Virus record (IMG/VR): IMGVR_UViG_3300049139_000009 | Span: 1 to 25,477 of that record | Strand: one strand, 5' to 3' | DNA: 25,477 nucleotides | DNA from: a virus | Lineage: Duplodnaviria > Caudoviricetes | Shown: in pieces, positions 1 through 7,331 of the stretch | Numbering within the stretch: the stretch's first letter is position 1 | Layout of the letters: each line of letters starts with the position of its first letter | Translations under genes and position numbers: made by a program | Notes under the pieces: generated by a model | Told to the model about the DNA's origin: nothing | The model's input: only the letters and a program-made list of their open reading frames with translations | The model's database searches: none

Positions 1-1703
1 GGGCGGGATGCTGCGACCGTCCACGACAGGCGGGACTCGCCGACCGCGACCGATTGGCGGGACTCGCCTACGGCCACCCGGTCAAGGGTGCGGGTCGGCC
101 CGACCGTTACCGTCAGGTCCACGAACAGGCGTGCGCCGCCGCCGGTTGAGGAGATCGTGACGGACGCGTCAGCCCCGCCCGATGCTCCAAGCTGTCCAGC
201 CCCGAACGCGGTGATGGTGCTCGCCGTAACTGACCCGCCGGACGTGGCCGGCGTGCCCGCTCCCGACGCGGTGACGGATGCCGCCGCTTCGCCCCCGCCC
301 GACATGGCGAGGCTGCCCGCGCCCGAGCTGGTCGCCGTGACGGTCGAGTCTGCGCCGCTGGACGTGGCAGGACTGCCCGCCCCCGCTGTCGAGGCGGTGA
401 CCGTGGCGTCTGCCCCGGACGATGTGGCAGGACTGCCCGCGCCGGACGCCATGGCGTCCACGGAAGTCGCAGCGCCACCCGCCGGGCCGGGACTGCCCGA
501 ACTCGACACGACAGCCGTCACGTCCGCTTCAGCGCCACCCGCAAACGCTGGTGACCCGGCGCCGGACGACGACACGGACACCGTGGCCTGCGACCCGCCC
601 GACACAGCGAGAGAGCCGCCGCCCGCCGCCGAGGCGGTGACGGTCGCAGCCGATCCGCCCGACACATCCGCGTGCGTAATGGTCAGCTTGGGGTCCTGCG
701 TCGTACCGTCCTGGTCGGAGGAGGACAGGATAACAAGGTCCCACACCCCAAGACTGGGCGGGATCATGGCGCGGTGCCGTGACCCGTTCAACATCACGTA
801 GACAACGCCGGTCCTAAGGTTCGTCGCCGCGAAGAACGCAGACTCCGACGTCAGCGTCTTGTATGCGCCGGTCGCTCCCATGCCGCTGGTGTCGAGCGAC
901 GCCAGCAGCGGGTAACTGGGGAGACTGGCCGGGGGTGTCCAAAGCGCGACCTCAACTGTCGCGCCCCAATCCTTCTCCCTGGCCTCGATGACGAAGTCCA
1001 TGTCGGAGGCGTCGGACACAAGCCACACCGACAGGTCCACCGCCGACACAACATCCGTGTCAGCGATGGCGGACGTGTCGAACGACAGAAACGCCTCGTG
1101 GATTGCGTAATCCGAGAAGTCCGCGTCATAAATCTGCCCGACGTAGAGAGAGGCGCTGTCGTCGTTGACCCCAAACAAGAGGCTGCCATTTGCGGCGGTG
1201 GTGTAGTCCACATCGATGCATTGAAGAAACCCGTCCGAGGCGTCCGGGTAGATCGTGGTGACGGTGCCTCGGGTCCGCCACCCCTGCGGGTTGGGCGTCT
1301 CCTCGATCGAGTCCCAAACCGCTTCATAGAACGCTTCGAGCGGATCGGCCGTGACAGTCCGGGCGGTAGTGCGCTGCTGCGGTTCGCCGATAAGCCTGAC
1401 GGGATTGCTCCGGTCAAGGCCCGGCGACTCCGGGATGCCCGAGCGGGGCACGGTCGGCGGGTTGATGATGCGCCTGTGCGGGTCGATCGGGAGTTCGTTG
1501 CCCTGCTCGTCGAACAGCTCGACCCAAACGTCAACGCCGATGACCTCGCCCTTGGCGTCGAGAATGAGTTCAGGCTGTTGCGTGACGACAAGCCGCCGGT
1601 CACCTCTCGCCTTCGTGAGGCGTTTGCCGCCGCCGCTCCGCCAGTCTGCGCTGGTGGCCGCCTTGACCGCTTCGGCCCGCGCCCTCCGGTTGAGGGATGC
1701 CAT
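1..1703 (-). CDS. Minor tail/fibre or receptor-binding protein (>567 aa, 3' end outside window) with a DNRLRE/CBM96-like domain and nine 20-aa Gly/Ser/Ala/Thr repeats
   Basis: Translated by hand: ATG at 1703 after a GGGGAGGGG SD, and no stop down to position 1 (MASLNRRARAEAVK...EAFLSFDTSAIADTDVVSAVDLSVW...SSSDQDGTTQDPKLTITH...repeats...DLTVTVGPTR...). It is absent from the ORF track because it has no stop in the window. Confidence 0.85.
   Translation of the reverse strand, partial: MASLNRRARAEAVKAATSADWRSGGGKRLTKARGDRRLVVTQQPELILDAKGEVIGVDVWVELFDEQGNELPIDPHRRIINPPTVPRSGIPESPGLDRSNPVRLIGEPQQRTTARTVTADPLEAFYEAVWDSIEETPNPQGWRTRGTVTTIYPDASDGFLQCIDVDYTTAANGSLLFGVNDDSASLYVGQIYDADFSDYAIHEAFLSFDTSAIADTDVVSAVDLSVWLVSDASDMDFVIEAREKDWGATVEVALWTPPASLPSYPLLASLDTSGMGATGAYKTLTSESAFFAATNLRTGVVYVMLNGSRHRAMIPPSLGVWDLVILSSSDQDGTTQDPKLTITHADVSGGSAATVTASAAGGGSLAVSGGSQATVSVSSSGAGSPAFAGGAEADVTAVVSSSGSPGPAGGAATSVDAMASGAGSPATSSGADATVTASTAGAGSPATSSGADSTVTATSSGAGSLAMSGGGEAAASVTASGAGTPATSGGSVTASTITAFGAGQLGASGGADASVTISSTGGGARLFVDLTVTVGPTRTLDRVAVGESRQSVAVGESRLSWTVAASR
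123..662 (-). repeat. Nine tandem degenerate 60-bp coding repeats (20 aa, e.g. SGGSAATVTASAAGGGSLAV, SSGADATVTASTAGAGSPAT)
   Basis: Exact 60-nt periodicity: gacgtggc/gacatggc/gacgtggc/gatgtggc at 241, 301, 361 and 421. In frame with the 1..1703 CDS. Confidence 0.9.
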
Positions 1704-1728
1704 CGCCGCCCCTCCCCGTCAGGTGCGG

Positions 1729-2070
1729 TCAGGCCGCGTCGTGGTCGATCGCTGTGGATGCGGCCAGCAACGTGTACGTGCCCGCCGTGGCAAACGCCTG
1801 ACTGGCAAGGTCAGCGCCGCCGTAGTTGGTGCCGGACGTGGACGCGGAGAAACCGCGCCACCCTGCGACCGTCGAGCTGGCCGGCACATCGAACACCAGG
1901 TTCGCGTTCGGCCGGACCAGGCCAGCGCTCGCAGCCGTCCAGGTGACGGCCTTGCGTGCGTAGCTGCCGCCGACCAGCTCGATGCCGGAACCGTCCACCA
2001 GCCCGATATGCGTGATCGCCGTTCCGCCCGCCTGTGCGGTCAGGTTCAGATAGGTGTCAGCCATCGCCAT
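1729..2070 (-). CDS. Small beta-sandwich virion/tail-fibre-associated protein (mycobacteriophage Gp80-like), copy 2
   Basis: 113 aa; GGAGGAG SD 6 nt upstream; motifs ELVGGSYARKAVTW, LVFDVPA, FSASTSGT typical of this family. Confidence 0.7.
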   Translation of the reverse strand: MAMADTYLNLTAQAGGTAITHIGLVDGSGIELVGGSYARKAVTWTAASAGLVRPNANLVFDVPASSTVAGWRGFSASTSGTNYGGADLASQAFATAGTYTLLAASTAIDHDAA

Positions 2071-2095
2071 GGGTTACTCCTCCGTGCTCGTTAGG

Positions 2096-2395
2096 TCAGT
2101 CGCTCTGCTGCTGAATGTGTTCGTCGAACCGCTCTTCGAGGCCCTTCACCGACACGGCCACCCGATCGACGGCATCTCGCAGCGTCGAGCCGTGGTTGGG
2201 GTACAGCTGTTCCTCGATGGTCGCGAGACGCACCATCACGCCGGGCCGTTCCGGGACGCCGGGCCGGGCGGGTTCGCCCTGTAGGTCGTCAACGGCGTCA
2301 CCCATCTTCTTCAGGAACTTGATCAGCTTCACGGCGACAGTGACGCCCCCGGCGAGGGTCACCATTGCGATGCAGACGGCAAGGATCTCGGTCAT
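2096..2395 (-). CDS. Holin-like / lysis-cassette membrane protein (one N-terminal TM, coiled coil, PNHGSTLRDAVDR motif)
   Basis: 99 aa from MTEILAVCIAMVTLAGGVTVAV. The NHGSxLRDAVDR motif is typical of actinophage lysis-cassette membrane proteins. The ORF-track 5' extension overlaps the upstream gene. Confidence 0.65.
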   Translation of the reverse strand: MTEILAVCIAMVTLAGGVTVAVKLIKFLKKMGDAVDDLQGEPARPGVPERPGVMVRLATIEEQLYPNHGSTLRDAVDRVAVSVKGLEERFDEHIQQQSD

Positions 2396-2435
2396 GGCAG
2401 AAATGGGCCCTCCCCTTAGTGCCTGGTTGGGGGGT

Positions 2436-5240
2436 TTAGGCGGGAGACAGCTCCCACGTTGTCTCCCATAGCCGCGTGCCGTGTGACCACCTGTGGGCGA
2501 TGGCCTCGATGAAGAAATCGGCGTCGATGCCAAACCCGGTGTTGTGGTCCGCCACCAACCGGATCTTGTCTCCGACCCTGCGGCGGGCAGCCTGCGCCCG
2601 GTAAGCCGCCGACTTGGTTGCGTAGAACGACAGCGACACGATCGGCCGGTCGTCGCCGTGCGTGGCCAACACCAGGTCTGCGTACACCTGCGCGTCAGTG
2701 GACGTCGCAAACAGGTTGGCCGGGTTGGTGTAGGTCCGGATCGCGTTGTGTTCGTCCTGTGAGCTGAAGTCGTCGGCCTGGACGAGCTGCTGATCGCCCT
2801 GCACCAGCGGAACCCCGGTCACCTCGATGTTCTCGTGAACCTGCGTGGTGCCGCCGAGCGAGGCCACGTAGCCGATGGTGAACTCCGGGTTCGCCCCGGA
2901 CGGAGTGCCGCCAGTCACGGGCGTGACGGCACCGGTGGCCGGCCCACGGATGGCAATGGTGCGAGCGTCCCAGTCGACCCAGTAGTCCCCAGTAGAAGCG
3001 GACAGGGCGAACGTTCCCGGATTTTCCGATGCAAGCCCGTTCACCTGCCGTTGAGCCGTCCCCACGATCATGCCGTAGGTAATGCCGTCGCCCAAGTCAT
3101 CCTCGGCCGATGCGGACTCGCCGTTCGTATAGCCGGAGGGGATACCGCTATGCGATACGGACCCATCGGCGACCTCGTACTCGGCCTGGTACGCCGCGAT
3201 GACGAGGGCGGGTAGCGCGCCCCACGGGAACGCCAACGACGGAGGATTCGGGCTGGTGTCCGCCCCGCCCGTGAAACCGCCCACCGCTATGCCGTCGAGA
3301 CTGCCATGCCAACCGGTGACGTGAATGACCTGGACGGCCCACGGAAAGTCGCCGAAGGCGGCGAGGGCTACGTTCGTGCCGCCCTCGACGCCAGTCGCGA
3401 TCTTCGCCAAGACGAGGGGAGAGTACGAGACAAAGGACCAGCCCTCTGGCCAGTCGGCGGTGACGGAGCAGACGATCAGTAGGAGATCTCCCGCGTTCAC
3501 CGTGGAGGGCATGGCGACGTCGAATGTTCCACTGGCCGAGCTGGAGGACTGGACGTCCACGCTGATCCCGGTAGGCGGACCGGGTGCGGCGACGTTTCGC
3601 GTGTGACCCGTCCACCGTACGACCGTCCCGTCATAGGCGGCCTGCAACGCCTGCGTCTCACCGGAGGCGAGCGAGTACGGGCCAGGGTCGGTGAACAGGA
3701 TGGCCTCCGCGCCCTCCAGCCACGGGGACACGCCCGCCACAACCCGGTTGAACACCTCACGCCGCCAGTCGTACGGCTCCAACCGGTGATAGCCGAACTG
3801 GCCACCGGGGGCATCCGTGAACGCCGCCAGGGCCAGCGCACCGTCGCGGGCGGACCGCGACGCGAACGAGATTGGCCCTTCCTGCGCCTCGTACAGGAAC
3901 CCGAATTCGGTTTCCTCGACGCGCCGCGCCACCTCCATAGCGCTGGTTCCGTCGAGCGCGAAGGCCCCGGTCGAGACGTCGCCCTCGTCGATGACACCCG
4001 GCGGATGCAGCAGATTGGAGCCCGCCAAGACGTTGCCGACGAGCAGTCCCGTCTTGCGGCCGGTGATGGACGCGGGCGGCGAAATGTGCTGTGTGGCCAG
4101 CTTGGACAGCCAGCCTTCGCCGGTCAGGGTCGCGATCTTCTCGGGGCCAGGGGAGACGGACGCCGCCACTTCGGCTATGTCGCCCGTCCACAGCACGCCC
4201 TCGACCTGTTCGGGCAGACCGGCCCAGGCATAGAGGTTGTCGATCTCCGGGCGGTTGTCGTCGGTGAACCATTCCGCGTAGATGCCGACCGATTCGGCGC
4301 TCTCGTTGATCGTCGTCCCGACGAACAGGGGGACGCCCTCTAGGTACGCGACCACGATCGAGCCCTCGACGAGGACGCCGATCGTCGCTCCTGAGTACAC
4401 CTCGACGCCGAGCCCGGCGACTTGGAATTCCACCCCCGCCACAACGTTGACCAGCCGGAGAGACGAGGTCGTTACGTCGAGTACGCACACGCTGTAGTTG
4501 TCGCTGTCCACGTACCGGTAGACGATGCCGGCCTCGTTGCCGATGATGCCGAGGACGCTGATCTGTGCCTGCACGTAGTAGTCCGCGGTCCCGACATCCA
4601 CGACGGCGATGTGTGTGTTGCCCTCGCTGGTCGCGACGGCCCGGCTGCTCTCGATGGTGAAGTCGTTGGCGAGCGGTTCGACGTAGGTCAGGCCGCCCTC
4701 TTCGCTTCCCAGCGGCCCATTTGCGCGCCGGAACCGGTCCCTGGTCAGGGTTGCCGGGTCGGGGTTGGCCGCGCCGGCAGTGCGGACACGGACCTTCCGC
4801 CCGGTCTTGAGCGAGAACGGGGCGGCGTTCAGCGGCGACGAGGCGTTGAAGTAGGAGAACCGGTCATCATCGTTGCGCAGCGACAGTCGCAGCTTGCCCG
4901 GACCGGACTTGCCGGTGAGCAGCGACGGCCAGTCTCGGCCGGTGAACGTCTCCGCCGACAGCACGTAGGCGGTGATGTCCTCCCCTGGCTCGTCGAAGTC
5001 GCCATCGTTGTCGAAGTCCCACTCGACGATGATGTCCGACGCGGCTTGGGGTGCGCTCGCCTTGACCGATGCGGCGCCGCCGATCTCAACCCCGCCCGAG
5101 CCGGTGGCCACCCCCACGTAGAGGAGAATGTCGACATCCGCAGTGCCGCCGATCTCGACCCCTCCGGAGCCGGTGGCGGACCCGATGAGGTCGAGTTCTT
5201 CGGATGCGAGGAGCTGAAACAGAGCGGCGTGCCCGGCCAC
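2436..5240 (-). CDS. Large tail-tip (baseplate hub/Tal-like) protein with inserted lectin-like and beta-sandwich domains
   Basis: 934 aa. Hub-like segments EDITAYV...GR...PGKLRLSLRNDDDRFS...GRKVRVR and a C-terminal RVGDKIRL...FFIEAIAHRW...WETTWELSPA; located downstream of the tape measure. Confidence 0.75.
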   Translation of the reverse strand: MAGHAALFQLLASEELDLIGSATGSGGVEIGGTADVDILLYVGVATGSGGVEIGGAASVKASAPQAASDIIVEWDFDNDGDFDEPGEDITAYVLSAETFTGRDWPSLLTGKSGPGKLRLSLRNDDDRFSYFNASSPLNAAPFSLKTGRKVRVRTAGAANPDPATLTRDRFRRANGPLGSEEGGLTYVEPLANDFTIESSRAVATSEGNTHIAVVDVGTADYYVQAQISVLGIIGNEAGIVYRYVDSDNYSVCVLDVTTSSLRLVNVVAGVEFQVAGLGVEVYSGATIGVLVEGSIVVAYLEGVPLFVGTTINESAESVGIYAEWFTDDNRPEIDNLYAWAGLPEQVEGVLWTGDIAEVAASVSPGPEKIATLTGEGWLSKLATQHISPPASITGRKTGLLVGNVLAGSNLLHPPGVIDEGDVSTGAFALDGTSAMEVARRVEETEFGFLYEAQEGPISFASRSARDGALALAAFTDAPGGQFGYHRLEPYDWRREVFNRVVAGVSPWLEGAEAILFTDPGPYSLASGETQALQAAYDGTVVRWTGHTRNVAAPGPPTGISVDVQSSSSASGTFDVAMPSTVNAGDLLLIVCSVTADWPEGWSFVSYSPLVLAKIATGVEGGTNVALAAFGDFPWAVQVIHVTGWHGSLDGIAVGGFTGGADTSPNPPSLAFPWGALPALVIAAYQAEYEVADGSVSHSGIPSGYTNGESASAEDDLGDGITYGMIVGTAQRQVNGLASENPGTFALSASTGDYWVDWDARTIAIRGPATGAVTPVTGGTPSGANPEFTIGYVASLGGTTQVHENIEVTGVPLVQGDQQLVQADDFSSQDEHNAIRTYTNPANLFATSTDAQVYADLVLATHGDDRPIVSLSFYATKSAAYRAQAARRRVGDKIRLVADHNTGFGIDADFFIEAIAHRWSHGTRLWETTWELSPA

Positions 5241-5243
5241 GAT

Positions 5244-5972
5244 CTACCCCCCGACGATCAGGTACACCGTCGTGTTGTCTACGGCTTCTGACCAGTTCGC
5301 ATCCACCTGAAGCTGATTCGTGGCGTTCGCGTAGTCGACAATGCGGCGGGTGCGCTCGGCCACGGATACGCCGGACCCGGCGCCCTCCAAGATGACGATG
5401 ATCGCCCCGTTATAGAAGTCGTCCGTCTTCTGGTCGCCCGCCGCTAGAACGAGCGTGTCCGAGCCCGTACCGGCGCCTTGCGCGGTGCCGCGCCGGTCGA
5501 GGTCGAGCAGGGCAGCGACAACGGACGCGGTGATCTCCGTGACCGCGTCCGTAGCCAGTGCCGACGCTGTCACCGCGCCTGACGCGAACGATGCCGACGT
5601 GATACCGCCCGACGCAACCGGGAGACCGCCGGTAGCCGACGCGGCGAACAGCGCGTCATACACGGCTTCCTCGACGATCTGGAAGTCCATCCGGACGGGC
5701 AGCGCGCCCGACTCGTTCACGGCCAGCATGAGCGCGCCCACGGTGTTCGTGTCGGTGGCGTCCAGCTCACACAGGTAGTAGCCGATCTCGTCATGGACAA
5801 GGGCGGTGTTATCACTCTTCTGCGCCATGTCGCCCGCGTTCTTCGACAGGCGGACGTCAGCCTGAGAGATGGTGAGCCCCGTCTCGGCGGTCGCGCCATC
5901 TGTGGAGTCGACGAACGGGCCGACCATCACGTTCACGGCGGTGGACTGGCGGATGATTCCGGCGAGCGCCAT
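5244..5972 (-). CDS. Minor tail / virion structural protein
   Basis: 242 aa, GAGGTGA SD. N-terminal Ig-like segment, Ala/Ser/Thr linker (ITSASFASGAVTASALATDAV) and C-terminal DDFYNG...RRIVDY domain; lies in the tail module. Confidence 0.7.
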   Translation of the reverse strand: MALAGIIRQSTAVNVMVGPFVDSTDGATAETGLTISQADVRLSKNAGDMAQKSDNTALVHDEIGYYLCELDATDTNTVGALMLAVNESGALPVRMDFQIVEEAVYDALFAASATGGLPVASGGITSASFASGAVTASALATDAVTEITASVVAALLDLDRRGTAQGAGTGSDTLVLAAGDQKTDDFYNGAIIVILEGAGSGVSVAERTRRIVDYANATNQLQVDANWSEAVDNTTVYLIVGG

Positions 5973-5976
5973 ACCG

Positions 5977-6627
5977 TCACCTCACTCCTTGCATGGCGTA
6001 GTGCATGGACCTTGGGGCGTTGCTCTGTGGCGGTGCGGGGCGAATCGCGAGAGTGGCCGCCGATCCGTTTCCGGTCCCGCCAGAGAACGCCGCAGGGTCA
6101 TCTGATGCGGCGTTCAGCGCCCTGTACGCAACCCGCGTTGCGGTCGAGGTTGAGATGGAGGTGGTGTAACTCGTCGGAGATGTCGTGGGGGCGCTGTTAT
6201 ATCTGGCCGCTACGGCTATCCAGAGAGTGTCCTCGGTGGCCCAGTTGACTGGGTCCAACGAGGGCGGATTCTGGCCGGTCGCGAAAGCGACTTCCGGCGG
6301 TGTGGTCTTGTGTGCGCCAGAGATGACCAAGGTCTGGATGCCGGCCGTACTCCATCCGGACCCGCTGAAGCCCACGGTAACCGTGGTGCTCGATCCGGCG
6401 TTCGCGGCGATCAGGTATGCAACCGAGAGGTACGACGTGCTGGCAGTGGTACCAGCGAGCGAACCCAACTGACTCCACGACTGGCCGAGCAGCGAGCTTA
6501 CGACTAGGTCCTTCGACCCGCTCCCGTCTGCCGCTTCTGCGATCAACAGCACGAGGTCACCTTGGCTGCGGGCAGGCACAGCGCCGGAGACGTCAACGGA
6601 CGTAGCGGTGATGGTGGGGAATGCCAT
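5977..6627 (-). CDS. Minor tail protein, single beta-sandwich (putative carbohydrate-binding) domain
   Basis: 216 aa, Ser/Thr/Ala-rich; shares GDLxLLI, NPPSL..W and TxAIR motifs with an internal domain of the 934-aa protein. Confidence 0.7.
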   Translation of the reverse strand: MAFPTITATSVDVSGAVPARSQGDLVLLIAEAADGSGSKDLVVSSLLGQSWSQLGSLAGTTASTSYLSVAYLIAANAGSSTTVTVGFSGSGWSTAGIQTLVISGAHKTTPPEVAFATGQNPPSLDPVNWATEDTLWIAVAARYNSAPTTSPTSYTTSISTSTATRVAYRALNAASDDPAAFSGGTGNGSAATLAIRPAPPQSNAPRSMHYAMQGVR

Positions 6628-6630
6628 CGG

Positions 6631-7050
6631 TCAGTCCCCCGTATCGGCGAGCGTGATACGCGGAGTCACGCGGATTGCTTCGCCTTCGAACTCGATGACC
6701 AGCGGGGATGTGAACTCCTCAAACCACTGCAACGCCCCGTCCGATGTGCGGGTGACGTAGTACCCATAGAGGGTCTGCGCGGTCTGGTCGGTGCTGCTGA
6801 CGAACGTCTGCTGTGCGTAGGAGCCCGTGCACGGGTCGCCCGGCGTCGTCGTCCACGAGCCGCCCGTCAGCGCCTTCGACGAGTAGCCGGTGAACGTCGC
6901 CGCCGTGAAGTCCGACTCGTCAAGCGCTTCGATCTGCCCGGCGGTCAGCCCGTCCGTCACGTCGTTCTGGAACAGGTGAAGGGTGTAGCCGACAGCGAGG
7001 ATCGCGTCCAGGAACGCCTCTTCACCCTGGTTGACCACCACGAGCGTCAT
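6631..7050 (-). CDS. Small beta-sandwich virion/tail-fibre-associated protein (Gp80-like), copy 1
   Basis: 139 aa from MTLVVVNQGEEAFLDAIL; ATGA overlap with the upstream stop at 7047-7050; motifs ATFTGYSSKAL, QQTF, YGYYV. Confidence 0.7.
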   Translation of the reverse strand: MTLVVVNQGEEAFLDAILAVGYTLHLFQNDVTDGLTAGQIEALDESDFTAATFTGYSSKALTGGSWTTTPGDPCTGSYAQQTFVSSTDQTAQTLYGYYVTRTSDGALQWFEEFTSPLVIEFEGEAIRVTPRITLADTGD

Positions 7051-7331
7051 CGGGAACCCCTCACTGCTTGCGCCTCGTCGAGGCGTTCCGGGCACAGGTG
7101 CCTGATGTGGACGTCGATGTCGATGCCGGCCGACTGGTTGGCGGACACCGCGAATGCGAACAGCTCGGCCGGTGAGTGGCACAGCGCCCGCATGTTGTCG
7201 CGGAGCTTCGGCCAGTCTTCGACCGGGCCGCGCGTCTGCTCGACGTCGGCCCGGTGCGCCTGCTCGTCGTAGGTGTGGCCGCCGCATGCGGTCAGTGCCA
7301 CCAGCAGCAGCCCAGCAGCTAGCGCCCTCAT
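7047..7331 (-). CDS. Small lipoprotein
   Basis: MRALAAGLLLVALTA|CGG has a basic N-region, hydrophobic H-region and LTAC lipobox; ATGA overlaps at both ends. Confidence 0.8.
   Translation of the reverse strand: MRALAAGLLLVALTACGGHTYDEQAHRADVEQTRGPVEDWPKLRDNMRALCHSPAELFAFAVSANQSAGIDIDVHIRHLCPERLDEAQAVRGSR

Noticed and set aside
123-662. 60-bp periodic array as a CRISPR array or DGR repeat
   Set aside because: Units are degenerate at synonymous positions and in frame, with no constant repeat plus unique spacer; no cas or reverse transcriptase gene and no adenine-specific TR/VR pair seen.
851-1603. - strand 250-aa ORF in the ORF track
   Set aside because: Out-of-frame Arg/Ser/Thr-rich shadow of the real 1..1703 reading frame.
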